Source of the DNA: an uncultured Candidatus Saccharibacteria bacterium
Lineage (GTDB): Bacteria; Patescibacteriota; Minisyncoccia; Phycocordibacterales; UBA6899
Assembly: GCA_964469335.1 (NCBI GenBank)
Contig: CAYXYK010000002.1
Span: 125,549-189,548 of the forward strand
DNA length: 64,000 nt
Direction of reading: 5' to 3'
Positions 9,289-17,967 of this stretch are shown here, one piece after another. Position 1 is the first letter of the stretch, and each line of letters starts with the position of its first letter. The notes under the pieces are model-generated. The model saw only the letters and a program-made list of their open reading frames with translations. It did no database searches and had not been told where the DNA came from. Position numbers and translations under genes: made by a program.

Positions 9289-12206
9289 AAGACGATGCTG
9301 ATTATCTTTCCTTGCACATAGATGACTTTCTTTGGGGTCTTCCCTTCGAGCCATCTTGCGATATTCGGGCGTTCGACAGCGGTCTTCTTGATCTCATCTT
9401 CCCCAATGCTTCGATCGACCTCGATTGTGTCACGAAGTTTTCCGTTTATCTGTATCGCAACGGTCATTTTATCCGAAACAGTTTTCCCTTCGTCGTATTT
9501 CGGCCACGGTTCATTGTAGAGCTCGGTTGCATTCCCTATCATGGTCCATAGCTCTTGAGTGACATGTGGCGCAAAGGGAGCAAGTAATTTCAGGAGTGTC
9601 TCATAAGTGACCTTCGGCAGTTTCGGAAGTTTTTCGATATGGTTGAGTAGAATCATCATTTGCGCAATCGCTGTATTGAATGCGAATGATTCAATGTCTT
9701 CACCAACTTTCTTGATACTTTGATGGACTAGTACTTCTGTTTCTGTGATATGAGTACTTGCGTCGACAACGTTCCGTGACAGTCTCCAAAGTCGCTCAAT
9801 CATTCTACGGGCACCCATCATGTTGTCAGTTGACCACGCAATCGACTGATCGAACGGTCCCATGAACATCTCATAAACACGCAGAGAATCAGCGCCGAAT
9901 GTCGCAACAATGTCATCAGGATTGATGACATTACCATAGCGTTTACTCATCTTCCTTCCGTCTGATGCCTGAATGAGTCCGACATTCTGAAGTCGCATGA
10001 ATGGCTCATCATAATTGACCACTCCGATGTCGTATAAGAATTTGTGCCAGAATCTCGCATAGATCAAATGCCGTGTCGCATGCTCAGCTCCTCCGACATA
10101 GAAGTCAACTGGTGACCACTCAGCCTCTTTTTCTTTGTCTACCAACTTTAGATTGTTGTTCGGGTCGATGTAGCGAAGGTAGTACCACGAGGATCCTGCC
10201 CATTGCGGCATGGTGTTTGTCTCTCGTCTGTATCTTTTCGCGCGCACGTCTGCCTGCGGCAATGTCTCGAATTCATTCTCAGCGTTAATGTAGCCATAGA
10301 CATTGACCCATTCCGTTATACCAGCGAGCGGGCTTTCTCCCGTGCCGGTTGGTTCATAAGCATCAACTTCTGGGAGCATCACTGGTAGCTCGCTATCTGC
10401 GACTGCGTAGGGTTTGTGTGACTCGTCAAACACGATCGGGAATGGCTCACCCCAATAGCGTTGTCGGGCAAAGACCCAATCTTTCAGTTTGTATGTTGAT
10501 GTCAATTTCCCCCCGACTTTCTCAGTGATCGCTTTTTTTGCTCCGTTACTTACAAATCCGTTGAATGTTCCGGAGTTAATCAATATTCCATCGCCAGTAT
10601 ATTGCTTACCGTCTACTAGCAAGTCAAAGCAAAGTTTGTGCAGTTGATCAGTAATCTTGCGTGCGACTTCTTCTCTGGTGAGCCACTCGACAGTGAACTT
10701 ACCTTTTTCGTTATCTTCAAGCTTCGGTTCCGATACCACATCTGATTCCAAGATAAAGTAGAGACCCTTGGCTTTAATTTCTCTGTTAATGCCCTTTGAG
10801 TGGGCAATATAATGGTGATATACCGACTGGGTCACCGCTTCATATCTGACATGAGTGTAGCCCGTCTCTTCGACTATCTCTCGCGTTGCGCAAGCAACAT
10901 CATCCTCCCCATTCTCTTTGCCTCCACCAATAAAAAGACTTCCTCCTGCAGACTCGCCCCAGTTGAGCGAAAGGAATCTGTCGTTCTTTTTGTCGTGTAC
11001 TATCGCAACAATACTTTCACGTTTCTCCTCATTCTCGTGCGGTGTGCCGGTAACAGGCTCAATGACCTCTATAACGGGTAGCGCGTACTTTCTTGCGAAA
11101 TCACCGTCTCGTTCATCATGTGCGGGAACGGCCATAATCGCACCTGTGCCGTAACTTGAGAGGACGTAGTTTGCTATCCAGACAGGGATCTTCGTGTTGT
11201 TTGCAGGGTTCTCAGCAAAAATGCCAGTAGAGATTCCTTTCTTTTCTGCTACATCTCTGTAGTCCGCAGCACGTGTTTTTTCCTCGTCCAAGGTTTCCGT
11301 GATGAATGCACGAACTTCCGATGAGGGTTCCCATCCCAAGGTAATCCATGTTGCCGCCAGCTCAGCTGAGATTGCGATGAAGGTCGCACCGAAGAGTGTA
11401 TCGGGACGGGTCGTGAACACTTTGACCTTGTGTTTACCGTCTTCTTGTCCAGCAATGCCGAAGAGAGGAAATTCGATCTCAGCTCCGTCACTCTTTCCGA
11501 TCCAGTTGCGCTGGCTTTCCTTGATGCTTTCGGGCCAGTTGAGTTTGTCGAGGTCGACCAGCATGCGATCGGCATATTTAGTGATCTCGAGCACCCACTG
11601 TCGGAGTGGTTTCTTCTCGACTTTCGTGCCGCATCGTTCACATACGTCACCGTCGAGGTCCTCATTCGAAAGACCGGTCTTACATGATGGACACCAATTG
11701 ATTGGTTCATGGCTTTCGTATGCGAGACCCGCCTTGAAGATCTGCTTGAATATCCACTGTGTCCATTTATAGAATTTCGGGTCCGTAGTATTCACTTCGC
11801 GCGACCAATCATAGTTGAAACCAATCTTCGCGAGTTGCTCTTTAAATCGCTCGGTATTCTTTGCGACGGCATCACGTGGGTGAACCTTGTTCTTCAGCGC
11901 ATATTGTTCTGCTGGCAATCCGAACGCGTCCCAGCCCATCGGATGAAGGACATTGTGTCCAGTCATGTGCTTGTAACGTGAATAGATATCAGTGGCTATA
12001 TAGCCCTTTGGGTGTCCGACATGAAGCCCTTCACCTGAGGGGTACGGGAACATATCGAGCACGTAACTTTTCGGTTTTCCAGGAGTTTCCTCGGTCTTGA
12101 AGAGTCCGGATTCTCGCCAGTGTTTTTGCCATTTCCCTTCTATTTCGTTGTGGTCGTACTCCTTCATTCCTTCATAATACGGCCTAACAAGGCTTTCGCG
12201 CAACAC
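9285..12206 (-). CDS. leuS: leucyl-tRNA synthetase with a Nudix hydrolase domain inserted in the CP1 editing domain
   Basis: Class I HVGH motif, CPSC...CERCG zinc motif, CP1 TTRPDTLFGATF and KMSKR. Its 973 aa exceed the typical length because a roughly 150-aa insert carries a canonical Nudix box, GGGKENGEDDVACATREIVEETGY. Confidence 0.9.
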   Translation of the reverse strand: MLRESLVRPYYEGMKEYDHNEIEGKWQKHWRESGLFKTEETPGKPKSYVLDMFPYPSGEGLHVGHPKGYIATDIYSRYKHMTGHNVLHPMGWDAFGLPAEQYALKNKVHPRDAVAKNTERFKEQLAKIGFNYDWSREVNTTDPKFYKWTQWIFKQIFKAGLAYESHEPINWCPSCKTGLSNEDLDGDVCERCGTKVEKKPLRQWVLEITKYADRMLVDLDKLNWPESIKESQRNWIGKSDGAEIEFPLFGIAGQEDGKHKVKVFTTRPDTLFGATFIAISAELAATWITLGWEPSSEVRAFITETLDEEKTRAADYRDVAEKKGISTGIFAENPANNTKIPVWIANYVLSSYGTGAIMAVPAHDERDGDFARKYALPVIEVIEPVTGTPHENEEKRESIVAIVHDKKNDRFLSLNWGESAGGSLFIGGGKENGEDDVACATREIVEETGYTHVRYEAVTQSVYHHYIAHSKGINREIKAKGLYFILESDVVSEPKLEDNEKGKFTVEWLTREEVARKITDQLHKLCFDLLVDGKQYTGDGILINSGTFNGFVSNGAKKAITEKVGGKLTSTYKLKDWVFARQRYWGEPFPIVFDESHKPYAVADSELPVMLPEVDAYEPTGTGESPLAGITEWVNVYGYINAENEFETLPQADVRAKRYRRETNTMPQWAGSSWYYLRYIDPNNNLKLVDKEKEAEWSPVDFYVGGAEHATRHLIYARFWHKFLYDIGVVNYDEPFMRLQNVGLIQASDGRKMSKRYGNVINPDDIVATFGADSLRVYEMFMGPFDQSIAWSTDNMMGARRMIERLWRLSRNVVDASTHITETEVLVHQSIKKVGEDIESFAFNTAIAQMMILLNHIEKLPKLPKVTYETLLKLLAPFAPHVTQELWTMIGNATELYNEPWPKYDEGKTVSDKMTVAIQINGKLRDTIEVDRSIGEDEIKKTAVERPNIARWLEGKTPKKVIYVQGKIISIVL

Positions 12207-12232
12207 TGAGCCTCAAGGAATGCGATTACCCT

Positions 12233-12260
12233 TTACAAAGTTGATAAAAAATAGTATAAT
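12233..12260 (+). promoter_or_regulatory. sigma-70-like promoter, TTTACA-16-TATAAT
   Basis: TTTACA at 12233-12238 and TATAAT at 12255-12260. It lies 40 nt upstream of the plus-strand small-gene pair. Confidence 0.55.
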
Positions 12261-12281
12261 CCCTATTAGGTTCTTCATCAA
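12253..12281 (-). promoter_or_regulatory. divergent sigma-70-like promoter for leuS, TTGATG-17-TATACT on the minus strand
   Basis: The reverse complement reads TTGATGaagaacctaatagggatTATACT. Its -10 overlaps the plus-strand -10 element. Confidence 0.4.
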
Positions 12282-12301
12282 CGATATTCACCGGAGGGTT
12301 C

Positions 12302-12532
12302 ATGCATCACTATTCTGAATACCACACGCTCGCCGTCTTCATTTCGGTGCTTGGGGTTGCGCTCGTCGCAGTACTCGGCTACCTGATCGTGCGATTCTTC
12401 TTTGGTGTGCCGATCGGCAAGCTTTTCGCACTGCTGCTCGCCTCATCCGACGAAGAGCTCCCCCGCGGCCTCGATCAGTACGCCGCACGCATCGCGGAAG
12501 ACGTGAAAAAAGGAAAGATCCGCTACAGCTAG
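12302..12532 (+). CDS. small membrane protein (76 aa, one TM helix)
   Basis: GGAGGG RBS. Hydrophobic helix LAVFISVLGVALVAVLGYLIVRFFFGV. Preceded by a strong promoter. Confidence 0.5.
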   Translation: MHHYSEYHTLAVFISVLGVALVAVLGYLIVRFFFGVPIGKLFALLLASSDEELPRGLDQYAARIAEDVKKGKIRYS

Positions 12533-12554
12533 CTGTCTCAATCAAGGAGGTCAT

Positions 12555-12713
12555 ATGAACATTCTCAGAGCGATCATCTCCCTCGTGATGGAGATGATCA
12601 GACCCGATCCGTGCGACAAGGTGTGTCCGCTGTGCAAGTGTCGCAGCACCATGTTGTTCGATGGTGTCTGCCAGGAATGTGCTTTCGCTGGCAAACGACT
12701 CACTCGGCAGTGA
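12555..12713 (+). CDS. 52-aa zinc-ribbon-like small protein, not in the ORF track
   Basis: AGGAGG RBS 5 nt upstream of the ATG at 12555. Translation: MNILRAIISLVMEMIRPDPCDKVCPLCKCRSTMLFDGVCQECAFAGKRLTRQ, with CxxCxxCxC...CxxC cysteines. An intrinsic terminator follows directly. Confidence 0.45.
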   Translation: MNILRAIISLVMEMIRPDPCDKVCPLCKCRSTMLFDGVCQECAFAGKRLTRQ

Positions 12714-12727
12714 TTTCCCAGTTCGAA

Positions 12728-12754
12728 GCCCCGCGCATCTCGCGCGGGGCTTTT
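12728..12754 (+). terminator. Rho-independent terminator (9-bp GC stem GCCCCGCGC/GCGCGGGGC followed by TTTT)
   Basis: Read from the sequence. It closes the plus-strand small-gene pair and abuts the ychF stop on the opposite strand. Confidence 0.7.
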
Positions 12755-12769
12755 CATACCATCTCCTGC

Positions 12770-13867
12770 TTAGATCTTGAATTCGATCACGTCCCCGTCT
12801 TGAACGATGTATTCTTTCCCTTCGGTCCGAACAAGTCCTTTCTCGCGAGCTTCAGCGTACGAGCCTGCATCAAGCAGTGCTTTCCAGTTGATCACATCAG
12901 CTCGAATGAACTTATCTTTGAAATCGTTGTGGATCGCGGTTCCTGCGATCGGTGCGGTCGATCCCGTTTTAATGGTCCATGCGCGAGTCTCCTCGACTCC
13001 GGTCGTAAGAAAAGTAGAAAGACCAAGAAGTTTATATGCAGCCACGATCAGGTCATCGATACCGTCACCTTTCGCGCCAAGTTCTTTCGCGAACATCTTT
13101 TTCTCATCTCCTTCGAATTCCGAGAGTTCTTCTTCGATCTTCGCGTCAACAATCACATATTGATCACCGCGCTTCTTGAAGAATTCAAGTAGCTTGGTGA
13201 AACGCTCATCATTCATCTCATCAAGATTCTTCCCCCCAGCTTTTTTATTCAAAATATAGAGAAATGGCTTAGTGGTGAGCAGGTTGAGTTGCTTCACGAT
13301 CCTTGTTTCTTCTTCATCAAGTTTTACGCTGGATGCGAGTTGCTCTGCCTCGAGGGCAGCTTTGATCTGTGTGCAGAGTCCGTGCTCGCGTATCGCCGCT
13401 TTGTCACCTCGCTTCACGTCGCGTCCGAGATTCTCGAGGCGTTTCGTAACAGTCTGTAGGTCTGCAAGGATGAGCTCGAGGTTGATGACTTCTATGTCGT
13501 GCACAGGGTCTATTTTGCCGTCTACATGAACGATGTCAGTCTCTTCGAAGATGCGAACTACTTGTCCTATCGCATCGGTCTCACGGATGTTCGCAAGGAA
13601 CTTGTTTCCCAGCCCCTCCCCCTCTGAGGCACCTTTCACGAGTCCAGCAATGTCGACAAATTCAACGACTGCGGGTACGGTTTTCTTTGTCTTAGAGAAT
13701 TCAGAGAGCAACTTGAGGCGTTCATCGGGCACAACCACAACACCGACTGACGGGTCTATCGTTGCAAATGGGTAATTTGCGATAAGGATATCCTTACGCG
13801 TGAGTGCTTTGAATAAAGTAGACTTGCCGACATTCGGGAGTCCTACGATGCCGACGGAGAGTGACAT
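12770..13867 (-). CDS. ychF: ribosome-binding ATPase YchF (Obg-family GTPase)
   Basis: GIVGLPNVGKSTLF P-loop at the N-terminus, TGS-like C-terminus, 365 aa. Confidence 0.9.
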   Translation of the reverse strand: MSLSVGIVGLPNVGKSTLFKALTRKDILIANYPFATIDPSVGVVVVPDERLKLLSEFSKTKKTVPAVVEFVDIAGLVKGASEGEGLGNKFLANIRETDAIGQVVRIFEETDIVHVDGKIDPVHDIEVINLELILADLQTVTKRLENLGRDVKRGDKAAIREHGLCTQIKAALEAEQLASSVKLDEEETRIVKQLNLLTTKPFLYILNKKAGGKNLDEMNDERFTKLLEFFKKRGDQYVIVDAKIEEELSEFEGDEKKMFAKELGAKGDGIDDLIVAAYKLLGLSTFLTTGVEETRAWTIKTGSTAPIAGTAIHNDFKDKFIRADVINWKALLDAGSYAEAREKGLVRTEGKEYIVQDGDVIEFKI

Positions 13868-13874
13868 ATTGGGA

Positions 13875-14105
13875 TTATTTTTCGCTCATTAACTTCTGTA
13901 TCTGGTCTTTGTACTCTTCCATCACTGACATGGTTGCCTTCATTTGATCCTTGCCGCTGTCCATCTGAGCTTTAATTTTCATGGCGATCTCCTGGAACAG
14001 CTCCGGGTTCTTTGTTACGATTGCGACGATCTTATCCTGCTGCTCTTTCGGGATATTCCCTAGTTTGCTTTGGATCAGTTTTTTCATCAGTAATTCTTTG
14101 AACAT
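13875..14105 (-). CDS. small Lys/Glu-rich helical protein, hypothetical
   Basis: 76-aa ORF, MFKELLMKKLIQSKLGNIPKEQQDKIVAIV... Start uncertain. No family recognised. Confidence 0.4.
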   Translation of the reverse strand: MFKELLMKKLIQSKLGNIPKEQQDKIVAIVTKNPELFQEIAMKIKAQMDSGKDQMKATMSVMEEYKDQIQKLMSEK

Positions 14106-14287
14106 ATGTATTTGAATTGATTACGGTTTAGAACTTCGAGTATATCGTAGTTTAGAAAACACTCAAGCTTCGCCAGTCGCAACAAGTTCGAAGCCACAAG
14201 GAGCGATACTCGCGATATGTAAGGACTGTACTTTGAGCTGGTTCCTGAGCGATGCCAAAGAAGAAATTTCCCGACTCTCCGAAGCGA

Positions 14288-14677
14288 TTATGCAATGCCT
14301 AGTCTGCCCTTGATCTTCTTAACGACGTCTTCGATGTTCCAGTCTGATTTGACGAGGAAATCATACGAACCTGCCTCCGTCGCCATTGCGACCTTCTCGG
14401 GGTCATTGATATTGGTAAGGAGTATCACTGCTGCAGTTTTGCCAAATTCGGCGTCCTGACGCAATTTTTCAAGCATCGTGAGTCCATCCATAATCGGCAT
14501 CATGAGATCGAGAAGTATTAGGTCAGGGTGCTCCTTTAGCGCAAGATCAAGGCCCTCTTGGCCGTTCTTTGCCTGAAAGACGGTAAATCCTTCGAATGAA
14601 AGAATGTCAGTGACCGCATTGCGAAGCGGAGCCTCATCTTCAACTATCAGTATCTTCTTGTTGAGCTTTTCTCCCAT
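14288..14677 (-). CDS. single-domain response regulator (CheY-like receiver)
   Basis: KKILIVEDEAPLR...DLILLDLMMPIMDGL...KTAAVILLT are receiver motifs. 129 aa with no output domain. Confidence 0.8.
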   Translation of the reverse strand: MGEKLNKKILIVEDEAPLRNAVTDILSFEGFTVFQAKNGQEGLDLALKEHPDLILLDLMMPIMDGLTMLEKLRQDAEFGKTAAVILLTNINDPEKVAMATEAGSYDFLVKSDWNIEDVVKKIKGRLGIA

Positions 14678-14686
14678 GATATTATC

Positions 14687-15091
14687 TTATGCCTGTTCCG
14701 GCTTTTGCGAAAGTGCATACTCGATATCATTGATGATCTGATGAATATCATAGTCTGCCTTCGTGTAATAGTTTGAAACGCCCAATTGGATATAGGAACG
14801 AATATTCGTGGATGATGCAGTATTCGAGACTACAAAAATCGGGATTGAGCGCCATTCCGGGTGGTTCTTCAGCTCGACCACGAAGTCTAGACCGTTTCCC
14901 GTCCCAAGTAAGTAGTGGTCAAGCCAGATCACATCGACGTACTTGAGGTTTTTTAACTCTTTCAGACCATCTTCAACTGTGGAAACAATTACTGGTTCAA
15001 AGTCACGACCTGAAAATGCCTCCCTCACCGCTTTGGCGAGCTGTCGTTCGTCTTCAAGTATCAATATCGTCCTTTTTTTCTTTTCTTCCAT
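14687..15091 (-). CDS. single-domain response regulator (receiver domain)
   Basis: RTILILEDE...VDVIWLDHYLLGTGNGL...IPIFVVS. 134 aa. Confidence 0.75.
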   Translation of the reverse strand: MEEKKKRTILILEDERQLAKAVREAFSGRDFEPVIVSTVEDGLKELKNLKYVDVIWLDHYLLGTGNGLDFVVELKNHPEWRSIPIFVVSNTASSTNIRSYIQLGVSNYYTKADYDIHQIINDIEYALSQKPEQA

Positions 15092-15144
15092 ATATAGTGT
15101 TATATTATCACTCTTTCCATCAAATCGGTACTTTACAGGATTAA

Positions 15145-16959
15145 CTAGCCGAGGCCCTTCGTGCCACCCTTTTTTGGCATACCCGCAAGTGGCAGTAAGA
15201 CATGGAATGTAGTCCCCTCATTCTCTGCTGACTCGAACCAGATCTTTCCGCCGGATGATTCGACGATTGCCTTAACGATGTACATGCCGAGACCTGTGCC
15301 TTCAGTATCCTTTTGGCGGACGTTGTCAGCACGAAAGAGTTTCTCGAAAATCTTCCCGTGTTGCGACTTCGGAATACCGTAGCCGTTATCAGAAACTCGA
15401 ATATAGAGTTGATTACCCTGTGTTGCAATTTCGGCGACGATATGGCCTTCCGGTTGGGTGTATTTCACTGAATTCGAAAGGAAATTCTGGAAGACAATAC
15501 GAATGAGTTTAGAATCTGCCATGTAGCTTGCGGGTGCCGTTGCAAAGATCTTTTCAACGGTCTGTTTCTTCTCGTTGATCTGTGGAGTGAGTTCGCCGAG
15601 TACGCTCTCGCAAATCTCCACGAGATTGACCGCTTCCGGTTCAATGGCAAATGTACCTAGGTCGATACGGGAGACATTGAGAAGTGCATTGACCAGCTCG
15701 ACCATACGAAGATTTCCTGCGTATATCTCTTTGACGTACTGCTTCTGCTTGTCGTTTAGTTCTCCGACGTATTTTGACAAAAGCATCTCCGAGTACCACC
15801 GAATTGCAGATAAGGGTGTGCGGAGCTGGTGTGACGCCAGTGAGACGAATTCTGTTTTCGCTCTGTCGACTTCCTTGCGTTGTGTTATGTCTTGGCAGAG
15901 GCTGACATAGAAAAGCACCTGACTTCCCTCTCTGATCGGGTAAATGGATAGTTCAGCATGGTAAATTGTACCGTTCTTGCGCTTATTGGTGATGTCTTCG
16001 GTTGTGAATGTGAGACCAGCGCTGATTTTCTCCCACATCGCGACAAAGATGTCTGCCTTGGTCTCTTCACTTTTGAGGAGTCTCGGGTTGCGCCCTAATG
16101 CTTCAGAGTCGGTATAACCGTTAAGTTCGACCCAAGCTGGATTCACATATACGAGCGCACCATCAGGGGTAGTGATGGAAACAGCCTCAGTCGATGAGTC
16201 GACTGCCTTTTGGAATTTGCGCGCATTCTGTACTTCGCGCTCGATCTTGTTCTTGGCATCCTCTAGTTCATTCGTTCTTGCTTCCAACACCTCCTGGACA
16301 CGACGTACATTGGAAATGTCCTCGGTGATCCCCGACACACGCTCCGGTTTTCCGCTCGCGTCGGTCTTCATCTGCCCTTTATCGGCAACCCACTGATATT
16401 CACCGTTCTGTCGCTTGAAACGATATTCGATAGCATACTCAGGAGTGCGTCTTGCGATGTGATACTCCATGCTACGTTTCACTCCGTCGAGGTCATCGGG
16501 ATGCACACTGTTCATCCAGAAGTCGATGGTTTCTTCTTTGTCTCTATCAGGATAACCGAGCATAGACATCATCCTTCCAGAAAAAAAGACCGTTTTCTTA
16601 CCGATGTCGTAGTCCCAGAAGCCCAGTCCTGAGCCAATCATCGCACGGATATATCGATCTTCTCCGGTTCCCGCGATGTTTAATGCCTCTCCGGCTTTCT
16701 TCGCGAATCGATTATACTGCGGGATGACCAAAAGTAGCATGATCCAGACAATAACTGCCTCTACAATCGCAGTCACCCCGATGATCAAGTACGCATATTC
16801 CGCGAGCGAGGAGGAAGGAAGCCAGTACGCGAGCCAGCCGGTTACCGCTCCCCCGATAATCAGCGTTATCGGGGCAAAAATTAACAGTAATACGCCGCCA
16901 TGTGGACGACCTACTTCACTGAGTTTCTTTCGCCCTTCTTGTAGCGGTTCTTGCTCCAT
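15145..16959 (-). CDS. membrane sensor histidine kinase with two PAS domains
   Basis: N-terminal TM helices and two PAS-like segments. H-box SLASHQLRTPLSAI. HATPase_c C-terminus with N, G1 and G2 motifs (DNGYGIP, GTGLGM). 604 aa. Confidence 0.85.
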   Translation of the reverse strand: MEQEPLQEGRKKLSEVGRPHGGVLLLIFAPITLIIGGAVTGWLAYWLPSSSLAEYAYLIIGVTAIVEAVIVWIMLLLVIPQYNRFAKKAGEALNIAGTGEDRYIRAMIGSGLGFWDYDIGKKTVFFSGRMMSMLGYPDRDKEETIDFWMNSVHPDDLDGVKRSMEYHIARRTPEYAIEYRFKRQNGEYQWVADKGQMKTDASGKPERVSGITEDISNVRRVQEVLEARTNELEDAKNKIEREVQNARKFQKAVDSSTEAVSITTPDGALVYVNPAWVELNGYTDSEALGRNPRLLKSEETKADIFVAMWEKISAGLTFTTEDITNKRKNGTIYHAELSIYPIREGSQVLFYVSLCQDITQRKEVDRAKTEFVSLASHQLRTPLSAIRWYSEMLLSKYVGELNDKQKQYVKEIYAGNLRMVELVNALLNVSRIDLGTFAIEPEAVNLVEICESVLGELTPQINEKKQTVEKIFATAPASYMADSKLIRIVFQNFLSNSVKYTQPEGHIVAEIATQGNQLYIRVSDNGYGIPKSQHGKIFEKLFRADNVRQKDTEGTGLGMYIVKAIVESSGGKIWFESAENEGTTFHVLLPLAGMPKKGGTKGLG

Positions 16960-17035
16960 ACGACTTCCCTAAATAAAGAGAGTTGAGTGCTCATTCATTG
17001 TAGCATGACTTTGGAGAATGCCGAGAGGTGCCGTA

Positions 17036-17950
17036 TCAAAACTGTGAAGAGTATGCGATGAGAAGTACGACACCGATGAGCGTGAGGATCCCGAGCGTGA
17101 TGAGAGCCTGTGCGATTCGCAAATTCCGTACACCTTCGCTCATTGGGGATGATGTGACTTTTAGTGACTGATAGAACCGGACAGTAAAGATAAGCGTGAA
17201 CGGCGTGGTAAGGAAACCAACAAAGATGCCGACAATCGGGATGAGCCCAAGAATGAAATTCGCGATCATCACCACTATCATCGCGACCAAATAGTATAAG
17301 AAAACTTTCCAGAGTCTCCCTTGCACCAATGCGGCACTGTGTCGCAGCGCGCCCATGCCCTTCTTTCCGTCTATGACTACCGCTATTTGCGCGAATCCGT
17401 ACCAGATACTTGCGATGATTCCTGGAATGATAAAAAGCGCGAAACCCCCGATGATCGCAAGACTGGCAAGTATCGCGACCCCAAAAAGTGGCAGGATATA
17501 TGGCAGTGACTTGCGCAATGCCTCCATGTAGGAAAGAGTCCAGCCGAGCTCGACCTCTTTTATTAGCATGATCGTTGCAACATACATAACGACACACATG
17601 AAAATGAACGCTAGAGCCAAGAGTATCCCTGCCCCAAGCATCATTGCCGGATTCATCGCCATGAATACCGTACCCACGCCCCCAACGATCCCCAGAAGAA
17701 AGATAAGTACGACCGGAAGCACCATGATCAAGATCGATTTCCAGATATTCCGCCAAAGTTCGTCGAATGATGAGCGAAGGAGTTCCATAATTGGCGGAAG
17801 AGCAATGGTAGTATTGCTCACTCCGCTCAGTGTTTCATTGACTAAGTTTTCCTCCCAACCTTTTGCTAAGAGTTCAGCTTTGATATCGGCATCGAGCACT
17901 CCGCGGATTCGTTCGGCTGCGATGTAGCTGATAAGAGTCTGTTTGTCCAT
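17036..17950 (-). CDS. polytopic membrane protein, hypothetical
   Basis: 304 aa. About 80 aa of soluble N-terminus, then 5-6 predicted TM helices. Possibly DUF975 or GPDPase-membrane-like. Confidence 0.5.
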   Translation of the reverse strand: MDKQTLISYIAAERIRGVLDADIKAELLAKGWEENLVNETLSGVSNTTIALPPIMELLRSSFDELWRNIWKSILIMVLPVVLIFLLGIVGGVGTVFMAMNPAMMLGAGILLALAFIFMCVVMYVATIMLIKEVELGWTLSYMEALRKSLPYILPLFGVAILASLAIIGGFALFIIPGIIASIWYGFAQIAVVIDGKKGMGALRHSAALVQGRLWKVFLYYLVAMIVVMIANFILGLIPIVGIFVGFLTTPFTLIFTVRFYQSLKVTSSPMSEGVRNLRIAQALITLGILTLIGVVLLIAYSSQF

Positions 17951-17967
17951 AGTGGAGAATTATGTGA

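Noticed and set aside
16995-17756. 253-aa minus-strand ORF overlapping the 304-aa membrane-protein gene in another frame
   Set aside because: It lies wholly inside a better-supported gene on the same strand. Its His/Arg/Cys-rich composition is typical of an out-of-frame read-through.
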